A DNA stretch of 64,000 nucleotides from a virus. Numbering within the stretch: the first letter of the stretch is position 1; the number at the start of each line of letters is the position of its first letter. The position numbers and the translations under genes are program-made. A model generated the notes under the pieces. It was not told the origin of the DNA, ran no database searches, and worked only from the letters and a program-made list of their open reading frames with translations. Location: IMG/VR virus record IMGVR_UViG_3300031576_000024, positions 1 to 64,000 of that record; one strand, written 5' to 3'. Shown in pieces: positions 27,435-37,471 of the stretch.

Positions 27435-29029
27435 TGTCTAAATTAGGTCGATTCGCGGAAACTATTTTTGTTCGTACATACGCCGCAACGCATGACGAAA
27501 CTTGGGATGGTTGCGCAAGACGGGTAGCTGATTACGTAGCAGGCGACGATTACAAACATTTGGCAGATGACTTTTACAAGGCTATCTCTGAGCGTAAGTT
27601 CATGCCTGGAGGGCGATATCTAGCCCAAGCTGGTAAGGATATCCCCCAGCTAACCAATTGTTTCCTTTTGAGCGCAGAGGATTCCAGAGAAGGGTGGGCT
27701 CAACTGCTTAGGAAGCACATGATGGCATTATCTACCGGAGGCGGGGTCGGCACATGGTACGGAGACGTAAGACCGTCTGGACAGCCGATTAAGCGGTTTG
27801 GCGGGGTATCCAGTGGCCCTCTCGCCCTCATGTTCATGGTAAACGAGGTTGCACGTCACGTACTCTCGGGCGGGAAGCGTCGTAGCGCCTTATGGGCTGG
27901 ACTACCTTGGAACCACGGCGATATCGAAAAGTTCATTGTATCTAAGAACTGGTCTACAGCTATTCGGTCAATGAAGGAAAGTGACTTTAACTTCCCGGCT
28001 ACGTTGGACATGACAAACATCAGCGTGGCTCTAAATGATGAATTCTTCCAGAAGGTGAACAAAGATGATAAGGTATGGGACATCTACTATCGGGTCTGCA
28101 AAAACATGTGCAAAACAGGAGAACCGGGCTTTAGCATTGACACAGGAGTTAACGCTAAAGATGTTCTTCGGAATCCTTGTACGGAAGTTGTGTCGGCTAC
28201 TGATTCTGACTGCTGTAATCTTGGTTCTATCAATCTAGCGAGGGTCAATGATATTGACGAACTAAAGAAGCTTACAAGACTTGCTGTAAAGTTTCTGTAC
28301 CTGGGGACATTTCGTAGCTGGATGCCGGACGAATCGTTTGCTAAGATCCGCGAGAGGGATCGCCGGATCGGCCTGGGTATCATGGGTCTGCACGAGTGGT
28401 GCATAAGACATGGAGAAAGATATGAGCCTAACGGCGAACTCGGCAAGTGGCTTGCTGCTTGGGCGAATATTAGCGACGATGAGGCCGTTAAATTCAGTAA
28501 GGGAAAGGGAGCAAAGCCCGTTGCAGTTAGAGCAATCGCCCCAACGGGCACTATCGGAATTATAGCAGAAACAACGACAGGAATAGAACCTGTATTTTGC
28601 GTAGCCTATAAGAGACGCTGGCTTGGCACTGACGGACAGTGGGCCTCAGAATACGTTGTAGATCCTACAGTGAAGCGCCTACTAGATGAGGGTATCATTC
28701 AAGATCCCAATGACATTGAGGATTCAATCAAGCTAGCTCGGCATGTTGAACGTCGCATTCGGATGCAAGCCTTCGTTCAATCCTTCGTGGATCAGGGTAT
28801 CTCCAGTACGATTAACCTTCCTGAATACGGAGAGGCTGGTAATAACAATGTCAAGCAATTTGCTGAAACCCTTTTGGAATATTTGCCGAAGCTTAGAGGA
28901 ATCACTGTTTATCCTGATGGTGCCCGCCCTGGTCAACCTATTACTAGCGTAAAGTGGGAGACAGCTATTAAGCACGCTAAAGTCGAAGAACCAGAAGACA
29001 AGTGCTCCCAAGGCGCGTGCGGCATCTGA
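27434..29029 (+). CDS. nrdJ: Ribonucleotide reductase, probably class II (B12-dependent)
   Basis: PGGR, NCF, NPCTE, CNLGSINL, IAPTGT, C-terminal CSQGACGI; no beta subunit nearby. Confidence 0.85.
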   Translation: MSKLGRFAETIFVRTYAATHDETWDGCARRVADYVAGDDYKHLADDFYKAISERKFMPGGRYLAQAGKDIPQLTNCFLLSAEDSREGWAQLLRKHMMALSTGGGVGTWYGDVRPSGQPIKRFGGVSSGPLALMFMVNEVARHVLSGGKRRSALWAGLPWNHGDIEKFIVSKNWSTAIRSMKESDFNFPATLDMTNISVALNDEFFQKVNKDDKVWDIYYRVCKNMCKTGEPGFSIDTGVNAKDVLRNPCTEVVSATDSDCCNLGSINLARVNDIDELKKLTRLAVKFLYLGTFRSWMPDESFAKIRERDRRIGLGIMGLHEWCIRHGERYEPNGELGKWLAAWANISDDEAVKFSKGKGAKPVAVRAIAPTGTIGIIAETTTGIEPVFCVAYKRRWLGTDGQWASEYVVDPTVKRLLDEGIIQDPNDIEDSIKLARHVERRIRMQAFVQSFVDQGISSTINLPEYGEAGNNNVKQFAETLLEYLPKLRGITVYPDGARPGQPITSVKWETAIKHAKVEEPEDKCSQGACGI

Positions 29030-29049
29030 GATAAACGTCTGCATAGAAC

Positions 29050-29355
29050 ATGAGTGGCATAGTTATATGGGTGAACGTTGGTGTAGTAAGTGTAACAAAG
29101 GATGATAACATGAATAGAATCAAAAGATGGCTTCAATTGTACAGGCTGTATCGCTTAACTCGTATGCACACTTTAGACTTGTACGAGGAAAAGCTACGGA
29201 TAGAAGATAGACTGCTTGAGGTACAAATCATTATTCAAGGAAGATCGACTATCTATGATGCCCCGATCGAAGTTAAAGAAGCAGCACTGTGGCGTGACCA
29301 CGATAACCACGATCTACCTCCGGTAGATTCATTTCAGACAGTGGGAAAGATATGA
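29050..29355 (+). CDS. Hypothetical protein (start maybe 29110)
   Basis: Coupled ORF. Confidence 0.5.
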   Translation: MSGIVIWVNVGVVSVTKDDNMNRIKRWLQLYRLYRLTRMHTLDLYEEKLRIEDRLLEVQIIIQGRSTIYDAPIEVKEAALWRDHDNHDLPPVDSFQTVGKI

Positions 29356-29738
29356 AGAAAGAACATGACGGAATGTACTCAACCCTAGCACCTGTTGAAT
29401 CTAAAAAGCGTGAACCTAGTTTGCTAGATACGTGGTTGGCTAATACCGATAAAACCGCAGTTTATCCTGATTCCTTTAACAAGGAACTCACTGGTGCTGT
29501 ATATCTCACCCTGGGGTTGAATGGAGAGGCCGGCGAGGTAGCCGATGAAATAAAGAAGATCATACGCAATGATAATGGTATTATTACACCCGAGAGGAAG
29601 AAGAAGCTGTACCTTGAGATGGGCGACGTGATGTGGTACTGGCTCCGGCTGACCAAAGAGCTTGATCTAGATATCGAAGATATCATGGCAGAGAACCTGA
29701 AGAAACTGAGTCAGAGGTATGAACATGAAGTCAAGTAA
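29352..29738 (+). CDS. MazG-like nucleotide pyrophosphohydrolase
   Basis: LGLNGEAGEVADEIKK...EMGDVMWY...NLKKL..R. Confidence 0.9.
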   Translation: MKKEHDGMYSTLAPVESKKREPSLLDTWLANTDKTAVYPDSFNKELTGAVYLTLGLNGEAGEVADEIKKIIRNDNGIITPERKKKLYLEMGDVMWYWLRLTKELDLDIEDIMAENLKKLSQRYEHEVK

Positions 29739-29958
29739 TTTATTCTGGGGTATTTTTAATCTGTTTCTAGGTGCGCTTATAGCTTCAACTATATTATGGC
29801 ACAGCGGCTACTGGCACAGGAAAGTAGTGGAGAATTGGAAGGAACAAGGATATGAGTGCTTTAGAGTCTACAAAGAACATGAAGAGGAACAAGGATATGA
29901 GTGCTTTAGAGTCTACAAAGAACGTGAAGCTGGTATCCGTTACGAAATCGCATGTTGA
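29719..29958 (+). CDS. Small membrane protein
   Basis: N-terminal TM helix; carries the 45-bp duplication in frame. Confidence 0.5.
   Translation: MNMKSSNLFWGIFNLFLGALIASTILWHSGYWHRKVVENWKEQGYECFRVYKEHEEEQGYECFRVYKEREAGIRYEIAC
29840..29929. repeat. 45-bp tandem duplication (one mismatch) covering a candidate thyX RBS and ATG
   Basis: AGGAACAAGGATATGAGTGCTTTAGAGTCTACAAAGAAC(A/G)TGAAG at 29840 and 29885. Confidence 0.95.
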
Positions 29959-30574
29959 TGGTATCCCGACAGCGGAAGGTCTGATTTGCTATGTTGCTCG
30001 TGTTAGCAACCCTGCTAACCAGATGAACGAGCAATCGGCTCCTAAGCTTCTAAAGTATCTTATAAAGAACAAACACTGGAGTCCGTTCGAGTTAGTCCAT
30101 ATGACGGTAGAGATCAAGACGAGTAGAGCTATCGCTCAGCAGATCCTTCGGCATCGTAGTTTTAGCTTCCAAGAGTTTAGCCAGCGGTACTCTACAGCTA
30201 CGTCAATGGTATACTACAGAGCTAGACGGCAGGATGTTAAGAACCGTCAGAACAGTATTGATGATCTATCTGTTGAAGTGAAAGAACAGTTTGAGGAACT
30301 TCAACTTGACGTTAACCAGCTTTGTGCAAACCATTACTCAAGAGCTTTAGAGTTGGGCATTGCCAAAGAACAGGCTCGGTTTCTCCTCCCTTTAAGTACA
30401 GCAACCACACTTTATATGTCCGGGTCCATGCGATCTTGGATTCATTATATGCAACTGCGTATGGACCCTTCAACGCAGTTAGAGCACAGAGAAATTGCAA
30501 ACGAAATATACAGCATCTTTGCTCATAACTTTCCTAACATAGCGGCGGCACTACATGACAACCAAAGAGACTAA
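29852..30574 (+). CDS. thyX: Flavin-dependent thymidylate synthase
   Basis: HWSPFE, RHRSFSFQEFSQRY, AKEQARFLLP, TQLEHR. Confidence 0.95.
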   Translation: MSALESTKNMKRNKDMSALESTKNVKLVSVTKSHVDGIPTAEGLICYVARVSNPANQMNEQSAPKLLKYLIKNKHWSPFELVHMTVEIKTSRAIAQQILRHRSFSFQEFSQRYSTATSMVYYRARRQDVKNRQNSIDDLSVEVKEQFEELQLDVNQLCANHYSRALELGIAKEQARFLLPLSTATTLYMSGSMRSWIHYMQLRMDPSTQLEHREIANEIYSIFAHNFPNIAAALHDNQRD

Positions 30575-30983
30575 CCCTAAAGATGCTGTAGGAACAGGTA
30601 AATATCCGTCTTCTACTGTTCCTGCTCCTGTTATTGGTGAAGTAGGCTTAGCCATGTTGGAAGGGGCACGTAAATATGGTCGTCATAATTACCGGGTAGC
30701 AGGGGTGCGAGCTAGCGTGTACTACGATGCCTGTAAAAGACACCTTGATGACTTTTGGGAAGGCGTTGACATTGATAAAGACTCCGGCCTACCGCATGTT
30801 GTTAAAGCTATAGCTTGTTTAGTTGTATTGCGTGATTCACAGATGCAAGGCAATTGGGTTGACGACAGACCGCCGCCAAGTCCTAAAGACTGGCAAGATG
30901 TGCTTAATAAAAAAGCTAAAGAAATAATTGCAAAGTACCCTAACTCTAAAGATGCATACTTGGCATCGGATACAAAACTATGA
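30555..30983 (+). CDS. DUF5664 dATP/dGTP diphosphohydrolase-like protein
   Basis: TNPKD, EGARKYGRHNYR, YYDACKRHL, DSGLPH motifs. Confidence 0.8.
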   Translation: MTTKETNPKDAVGTGKYPSSTVPAPVIGEVGLAMLEGARKYGRHNYRVAGVRASVYYDACKRHLDDFWEGVDIDKDSGLPHVVKAIACLVVLRDSQMQGNWVDDRPPPSPKDWQDVLNKKAKEIIAKYPNSKDAYLASDTKL

Positions 30984-31369
30984 AGAAGCAGAAATACTTT
31001 GATGGATTCGGCAACCTAGAGGATGTTATTAGAGACTTTGAGATCGACACCGATCTTAATGACCGTAACATTCTATTTGCTTCTTATGCTACAGAGGCTT
31101 ATGAAGGAAGTGCGTTCGTCCTATTTAAGAGAGACAAGAAGCTCTATGAAGTCAATGGTTCACACTGCTCGTGCTACGGCCTAGAGGGTCAGTGGGAGCC
31201 GGAAGAGACTTCATGGGATGCGCTGGCAATGCGAATAAAGGTTGATGCTACCTTAAAGGGTAGTAACATGAATAAAATAAGAGTAAATATTTATGGTGTT
31301 GCTCCTGAAGGCGTACCGTATCTAGTTGAGCTAATCAAGAAGAACGTGAAGGTAAAAGATGCCGTTTGA
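30980..31369 (+). CDS. Conserved phage hypothetical protein
   Basis: YEGSAFVLF...YEVNGSHCSCYGLEGQW pattern. Confidence 0.7.
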   Translation: MKKQKYFDGFGNLEDVIRDFEIDTDLNDRNILFASYATEAYEGSAFVLFKRDKKLYEVNGSHCSCYGLEGQWEPEETSWDALAMRIKVDATLKGSNMNKIRVNIYGVAPEGVPYLVELIKKNVKVKDAV

Positions 31370-34300
31370 TAGAACGGGTAAATGGACGGAGCCTGGATCG
31401 GAAACCGAATCCGAGTTCGTAAATGCTATTACGGCTCAGTCAAGTGACGGGCAGGAAGTTGCACTTACTCCCGACGTGGTGGCTAAGATCGAGGCTGCCA
31501 TCCGTTCCAACGTTGGTGACAACAAAAACGTTGGCCGGCTCAACACACTTTCCTACTCCACCTTAGCTAGTGTAGTTAATAGTCCTGGGCATGTAAGCGT
31601 TGTCATCCCTATCTACGGCGCTCTCAATCTAGTTAAGAAGGCCATTGAGTCTGTATTCAAACATACCTATTGGCCCTTTGAGCTTATCCTAGTTGACGAC
31701 TGTTCTCCTGATCCTGCTGTCCGTGACTACCTTAAGACGCTGGAAGGTCAGAACAAGTCTGACAAGTGCATAGGATTGAAGGTTATCTGCAACAAGAAGA
31801 ACAAGGGCTTCGCTGCCACCTGTAACATCGGCATGAACGTCGGCACGGGTAAGTATTTCTGCGTTCTCAATTCGGACGTTCTAGTTACTCCCTACTGGTT
31901 AACCAAAATGGTTACTGCCGTAGAGGCTGATAAGTCACATGTCATTGTTAATCCGGTAACCAATAATACGGCCCTGATTAACGTGCAGATGGAACCTGGT
32001 AGATCGTATCTGGATATGAACCGTGCGCTCGAACGTAAATCACCTAAGAACTATCCTGAGATTATGCCTACCGGCTTCTGCTTGTTCTTCAAGCGTAGTC
32101 TCTTAGAAAGGATAGGAGGGTTCGATGAAGCCTACGTTTCCTACGGGGAGGATACGCACTTCTGGTTCCAATCTCTTAAGCTCACCTCTGATAGCGGTGA
32201 GTACCTTGGCAACAAAGCTGTCATGGCTGACGATTGTTACATCTTCCATGAACGTAGCAGCAGCTTCAATCAAGTAAGTTCAGATGAACATATGGGCCTT
32301 CGGCGTTCTGGCTCGGAGCGTTTCCACAAGCTAAATCCTTCTTATGCAGACTGGAAGAATGGCTACAATGTTAACAAGGTCATGTCAGAGATCCGCTCCA
32401 AGACACCCGACTCACTGTTTGACCACGATTACAAGTACAATTGCGTTTGGGTTGTAAAATCAGCCGACTTCTGCGGTGGTATGAAGTACATAGCAGACAT
32501 TGTAAATGAGCTAATTGAGCAGAATGTCAACGCTAAGGTTTGTGTTATCAAGAACACTCCTGACGCTCCTGAGAATGTCCTCAATGATCTACATACTGCG
32601 CCTATCTTCTTTAAGGATGCAGAAGACTTTGTAACTAACTTCTCCACGCGCTGCTTTACCAACGGTGTCGTAATTGCCGCTGTATCTGAACTTGTGTCGC
32701 CCGTAGGCATCCTTTGTCAGCGCATACAAAGTCTTACTCCTATTCATCACATTCAGTCATACGATCCTGAGCTTACTGCCATTCCTGAGTTAGCCGCAGA
32801 GCAAGCTCAAGCATATGGAAAGCTACGTTATTCCATATCGTCAAGTAACTGGATCACTGAACATCTACAGAAGGAAGGCGTTAAAAACATCATCTTCACT
32901 ACTCAACCGGGCGTTGATACGGACCTATTCCATCATGGCGACCGAAGCCGTGGCGACGATAGGTTTACCGTGATGATAGCTTTGAACGCTCAATATCCTT
33001 TCAAGGGTGCTGAGCGCGGCATTGAGGTTGCCAAAGAGATTATCAAGCGGGACAAAAATATCCGCGTCCTAGGATTGGGTATGGACTTCATTCCCGATTG
33101 TCCGGCCATTGTAGGACTCGGTAAATTGTCACAAGGACGCTTGGCGCACCTCCTACGCACTGAGGTAGATGTGTTTATAGATCCAAGCTACATTCACAGT
33201 TACGGCATGCCTAGTTTGGAAGCTCTTGCTTGTGGCGTTGAAGTTGTCTGCTGGAATAACCGAGGCATTGGTGAGTACGCGAGCAATAAGTTTAACGGCG
33301 TTCATATCTTCATGCAGAACGTGATACCCGAAGAACTAGCCGATAGGTGTCTAAAGATTAAGGAGAATAAGTCCGCAGTCACTCTAGTTCCCTTATCAAG
33401 AGAAGACAGTGTTAATAGCTTCACTAATCACTTTGAAATAAACTTAGGTCTGGTACCATTCAAGAAACGGATTACTGTAGTCACCCCTCACGCACGCAAA
33501 CACGGTGGCCCGACTACGATCATTAATTTCGCTAACGTCTTGGGTTACTTGGGACACGATGCGCGCCTAGTATCAATCTATGACGATTTCAACAATGAAG
33601 TAATAAGCTTCAAGCAAGTTCCGCTATTCATAGGCGTTGATTACATTAAAGAGTCTGACATGGTTGTTATCAACTCTGATAATCCGTTCATTGAGCAGAT
33701 TGTCAATCAGCCTTCACTTAAACATGCCAAGAAGGTACTTCTAAAGCTCAGCCACAATCCTCGCTTTAAGGCCATAGAAGAAGCTAGCTTGCGCATGCCC
33801 ATATGGGATAAGATACTTTGTTCCACAGAGCATCTACGTGAGAAGTGTATCAATCCTATGCCTGATTGGCGTCACATTGCGTGGAGCCCCGATAAGGTTC
33901 AAACTATCGGCTGGTATCATTACACGTTCCCTGTGTTCAACGCTCCCCCGGAGACGAGACAGTACGGGGTCATTGACAAGCAGATGCGTATTGGGTATCT
34001 TATGCACGACCATCCCACAAAGGGGACGACGTTCGCCAATGCCATCGTCAAGGCTCTTAAGAACAAGTATGGCGCTAACGTAGACATCGTGACCGTTGGT
34101 GAGGTAGCGCTTAAGTATAAGCCGCCGTGGATGACTTACGTGTTCAAACCTAACCGCCCTGAAATGGCACAGGTAATGAAGCAGTGCGATATCTGGTTGG
34201 GAAGCTCCTTCAACGAAGGACTAGGACGTATGACACTGGAAGCTATGGCAGCGGGTTGCGCTATCGTAACTACCGACACTGGTGCAGAATTCCTTAAAGA

Positions 34301-34493
34301 CCAAGAGAACTGTTTACTATACCCTCCCGGTGAGGCACAACAAGGCGGTGAAGCTGTAGATAAGCTACTATCAGATCCTAAGCTCTTCCAGAAACTAATC
34401 AATAACGGCTACCAAACAGCAGGTAAGGCAGCAGACCCGCACCAGTATGTACATACATTGAGGCAACTAGTACATGAACTATGCAAAACCTAG
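31359..34493 (+). CDS. Multidomain glycosyltransferase (GT2 plus two GT-B/GT4-like domains)
   Basis: VVIPIY, VDDCS, LNSD, GEDT (GT2); SYGMPSLEALACG and EGLGRMTLEAMAAG (two GT-B ends). Confidence 0.9.
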   Translation: MPFDRTGKWTEPGSETESEFVNAITAQSSDGQEVALTPDVVAKIEAAIRSNVGDNKNVGRLNTLSYSTLASVVNSPGHVSVVIPIYGALNLVKKAIESVFKHTYWPFELILVDDCSPDPAVRDYLKTLEGQNKSDKCIGLKVICNKKNKGFAATCNIGMNVGTGKYFCVLNSDVLVTPYWLTKMVTAVEADKSHVIVNPVTNNTALINVQMEPGRSYLDMNRALERKSPKNYPEIMPTGFCLFFKRSLLERIGGFDEAYVSYGEDTHFWFQSLKLTSDSGEYLGNKAVMADDCYIFHERSSSFNQVSSDEHMGLRRSGSERFHKLNPSYADWKNGYNVNKVMSEIRSKTPDSLFDHDYKYNCVWVVKSADFCGGMKYIADIVNELIEQNVNAKVCVIKNTPDAPENVLNDLHTAPIFFKDAEDFVTNFSTRCFTNGVVIAAVSELVSPVGILCQRIQSLTPIHHIQSYDPELTAIPELAAEQAQAYGKLRYSISSSNWITEHLQKEGVKNIIFTTQPGVDTDLFHHGDRSRGDDRFTVMIALNAQYPFKGAERGIEVAKEIIKRDKNIRVLGLGMDFIPDCPAIVGLGKLSQGRLAHLLRTEVDVFIDPSYIHSYGMPSLEALACGVEVVCWNNRGIGEYASNKFNGVHIFMQNVIPEELADRCLKIKENKSAVTLVPLSREDSVNSFTNHFEINLGLVPFKKRITVVTPHARKHGGPTTIINFANVLGYLGHDARLVSIYDDFNNEVISFKQVPLFIGVDYIKESDMVVINSDNPFIEQIVNQPSLKHAKKVLLKLSHNPRFKAIEEASLRMPIWDKILCSTEHLREKCINPMPDWRHIAWSPDKVQTIGWYHYTFPVFNAPPETRQYGVIDKQMRIGYLMHDHPTKGTTFANAIVKALKNKYGANVDIVTVGEVALKYKPPWMTYVFKPNRPEMAQVMKQCDIWLGSSFNEGLGRMTLEAMAAGCAIVTTDTGAEFLKDQENCLLYPPGEAQQGGEAVDKLLSDPKLFQKLINNGYQTAGKAADPHQYVHTLRQLVHELCKT

Positions 34494-34836
34494 AACTAAA
34501 GCTTTTAGCGTCACTATTAAAGACTGCGAGGTTGAGACGTTTCGGTGCGGCGGGCCGGGCGGACAGAATGTCAACAAAGTCGAAAGTGGTGTCCGCGTGC
34601 GCCATGTTCCTTCTAGTGCTGTGTCTGAAAGTCGGGAGTTTAGAGAGCAACATCGGAACAAGGTTAATGCCTTTATCAAAATGGCTAATTCGCCAGAGTT
34701 TCAAAAGTGGATACGAGTCGAAGCTGCTAGACGAGCGGGACAGCCATCAGCAGAAGAAATAGTGGAGAAGATGATGGGCTCTAAGAACATTCGAGTACAG
34801 TATAAGGTGGAGGGTAAATGGACGACAGTAGAATAA
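34474..34836 (+). CDS. Stand-alone GGQ peptidyl-tRNA hydrolase (RF-1/ArfB-like domain)
   Basis: GGPGGQNVNKVESGVRVRH...REQHRNK. Confidence 0.88.
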   Translation: MNYAKPRTKAFSVTIKDCEVETFRCGGPGGQNVNKVESGVRVRHVPSSAVSESREFREQHRNKVNAFIKMANSPEFQKWIRVEAARRAGQPSAEEIVEKMMGSKNIRVQYKVEGKWTTVE

Positions 34837-35558
34837 GGCGCGGGGTTGGAATTTGCCACTATAACCGGCAGAAGTACCTTAACGAGATTATCTTCGCTGT
34901 ACAGAATACAGTACCGAAAGGTACTCGCGTTGTGGTGTGCGACGACGGCTCCAACCCTCTAAACATTCTTGAAGATATTACACTGGTTCAAGGTAAGAAT
35001 CTTGGTGTAGCAGCGAACAAGAACCGTGCCTTGTGGGCGCTTCAGGACTGTCACTACATTTGCATCCTAGAAGACGACCTTAAGCCTATCTCTAAGGGTT
35101 GGTTTGAAACCTATGAGAAGGCTGCCAACCTGTCCAACATTCACCACTTCTGCCGTGTTCAAGACAAGCACGTCCAAGAAACGTCTCCTGAGTTTGCTCA
35201 GTATATGAAGACGCATGGATTCACGCCGATTTACGGTCCCACTCCGCGTGGAGACTTAACGTTTATAACACACAAGGTTGTGGAGCGCATTGGTGCTTTC
35301 AACCCTCTCTTCATAGGCGCTGGTCACGCGCACGGGGAGTGGAGCCATAGAGTATGGAAAGCGGGGCTGATCGGCCACAACAATAAGTGGGTTGACATCA
35401 TGGAAGCCCGTAATATGTTTGAACAACTTGGCGATACCGAAGGCGGACGCTGGGTTCTAGATCCTAAGGATTTACGTAAGCAACTTATCAGAAACGAGAA
35501 AGTGTACAAGGATCTTCAGAAGACAGCCTACAGCCACCTTCCTTTGAGCCTGGAGTAA
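34818..35558 (+). CDS. GT2 glycosyltransferase
   Basis: HYNR, VCDDGS, GVAANKN, LEDD. Confidence 0.85.
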   Translation: MDDSRIRRGVGICHYNRQKYLNEIIFAVQNTVPKGTRVVVCDDGSNPLNILEDITLVQGKNLGVAANKNRALWALQDCHYICILEDDLKPISKGWFETYEKAANLSNIHHFCRVQDKHVQETSPEFAQYMKTHGFTPIYGPTPRGDLTFITHKVVERIGAFNPLFIGAGHAHGEWSHRVWKAGLIGHNNKWVDIMEARNMFEQLGDTEGGRWVLDPKDLRKQLIRNEKVYKDLQKTAYSHLPLSLE

Positions 35559-35560
35559 CA

Positions 35561-36304
35561 ATGGAACAGTATACAACAAAGTGCGGTGTGGAGCTTCCTC
35601 AAGTAGACCCTGAGAAAAACTACGACATTCTGCTATACAAGATAGGGAATGATTGGGAAGAGTTCCTTCGCTGCGATACTATGCACAAAGTCACTGACCC
35701 TGCTGACGAAGACTTCCGTAAGAAGATCGCACAGGCAGCTTGCACAATGTATACCACTCGCGGTATTGGTATTGCCGCTAATCAATTGGGCTTCAAAGAG
35801 CATTGGTGTATCGTAGATACACAATGGCCTCAAACTGGTATAAAGGTTCCGCGCGTAATCCTCAATCCCAATACAAGAGACAGCGTACTAGTCGAGACTC
35901 AGAAGGCCAGCCACGAAGGCTGTCTAAGTGTGCCTATGGGGTTCAAGGGAACTGTGGCTAGACATTCGGCAGTAGACCTTTACTATACTGACCTTATGGG
36001 CAATGACGTATCGTGGCAAGCATTCGACCTTGATGCTGCCGCCGTCTTACACGAGCTAGACCACCTAAGAGGGCGATTGTTCATTGACAACATTTCCAAT
36101 CTTCGCTTAAGCTTCCTAGAAGGTAAGCTTCGGAAGGTACAGAAGATGGTCAGGAATCGCATTAAGAACAACAACCGCAGCGTAATTGCCCAGGTTAAAC
36201 GCATGAACATCATCTACTCATGGAGCGCACAGAAGAGACTTGATCTCGCTGCTAAGGAAGCAGAGAAGCTTGTGGTTGAACAACCTGAGGTAGTAGATGA
36301 ATAA
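35561..36304 (+). CDS. def: Peptide deformylase
   Basis: GIGIAANQ, EGCLS and HELDH motifs all intact. Confidence 0.93.
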   Translation: MEQYTTKCGVELPQVDPEKNYDILLYKIGNDWEEFLRCDTMHKVTDPADEDFRKKIAQAACTMYTTRGIGIAANQLGFKEHWCIVDTQWPQTGIKVPRVILNPNTRDSVLVETQKASHEGCLSVPMGFKGTVARHSAVDLYYTDLMGNDVSWQAFDLDAAAVLHELDHLRGRLFIDNISNLRLSFLEGKLRKVQKMVRNRIKNNNRSVIAQVKRMNIIYSWSAQKRLDLAAKEAEKLVVEQPEVVDE

Positions 36305-36566
36305 ATACCTTATGAGCGAGGGTAGCGTACAACTCGGCATGGTCTTTATAGAGAGACACGGCGGGTTTGTTACTGGATCTCATAACGCACCGCTAATCGG
36401 GTACTTCTGTAAAGTATACGATGAAGATTCCGATGCTTGGAATGCACAGGGACACGGACTTACATATGATCTAGCAATGGTTTCTTTGTACCTTCTGCGT
36501 ACCAAAGGTGAGCTACCTAAGCCACCTGAATACTTCTCTAAGACTAACTTCTATCTGGAAAACTAA
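36297..36566 (+). CDS. Hypothetical protein
   Basis: GAGG RBS, coupled ORF. Confidence 0.6.
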   Translation: MNKYLMSEGSVQLGMVFIERHGGFVTGSHNAPLIGYFCKVYDEDSDAWNAQGHGLTYDLAMVSLYLLRTKGELPKPPEYFSKTNFYLEN

Positions 36567-37471
36567 TGAAGATACTACTTGCTAAACATCTATGGGACTA
36601 CGAAGGTACGCCTATCGCTACCTACGCTACATCCCTGTCCAGAGCTTTCACACAGGCTGGACACGAAGTCACAGAGATAGATAAGCAGATCATCCTAGAT
36701 GATAGCGTTTACAGGGCACACGATCTTCTGTTCGATATTGACTGCGGTAAGGATATGAAGGGGGATCAGAAGTTTCACCTTTGCCATCCTAAGATCCAGT
36801 CCCTAATTAAGACTGTCTTCTTTGCAATAGACTCGCACGGAAATGCTGATATGCACCAACGACTGTCACGCTCCGCAGACTATGTATTCTTTGCTATATG
36901 GGATAAGCGCGACCTGTTCGCCGACCATCCTTCAGCTACTTGGACTCCAAGTTTCACGGATCTTGCTTACTTCGACGGTGAAACGTTTACCTCGGAGAAG
37001 ACAAAGGACTTCTGCTTCCTAGGCTCCCTTGGCGGGCTTGATAGAGCAGATCCTATGGTGAAAGCGTGCAAAGACAATAACTGGACTTTCGACGTGGATG
37101 AAGTAGGCCGTAAGGGAAAGCACACATGGCCCAGGACCGCTGAGCGCATGGGTGCTTGCAGGTTCGGGTTCAACCACGGACAGAAGCACGACGGACCTAA
37201 CCTGCGTACTATAGAGACGATGGCTATGAAGTTGCCGCTTATCTGCGACCAAGACACGCGAGACGGCAAAGGTTTCCTCTTCGAGCCTTGGCAGCACTAC
37301 ATTCCCTACAAGGCGTATTCGTATGAGGGACTGCTGGAGCGCATGCAGTGGTGCATGACAAACCCCGATAAGGCTGCTAAGATTGCCAAGCAAGCATATG
37401 ATGAAGTGTGCCTAAACCACCTGGCCTCGCACCGCGTACAGACTATACTGGAGGTAGTATGCAAATCCTGA
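36566..37471 (+). CDS. GT-B glycosyltransferase (CgeB-like)
   Basis: GHEV, FLGS, NLRTIETMA, KIAKQAY..V...H...HRV. Confidence 0.8.
   Translation: MKILLAKHLWDYEGTPIATYATSLSRAFTQAGHEVTEIDKQIILDDSVYRAHDLLFDIDCGKDMKGDQKFHLCHPKIQSLIKTVFFAIDSHGNADMHQRLSRSADYVFFAIWDKRDLFADHPSATWTPSFTDLAYFDGETFTSEKTKDFCFLGSLGGLDRADPMVKACKDNNWTFDVDEVGRKGKHTWPRTAERMGACRFGFNHGQKHDGPNLRTIETMAMKLPLICDQDTRDGKGFLFEPWQHYIPYKAYSYEGLLERMQWCMTNPDKAAKIAKQAYDEVCLNHLASHRVQTILEVVCKS

Noticed and set aside
30555-30983. Z-genome (2-aminoadenine) call
   Set aside because: DUF5664 alone is not diagnostic and no PurZ is in the window.
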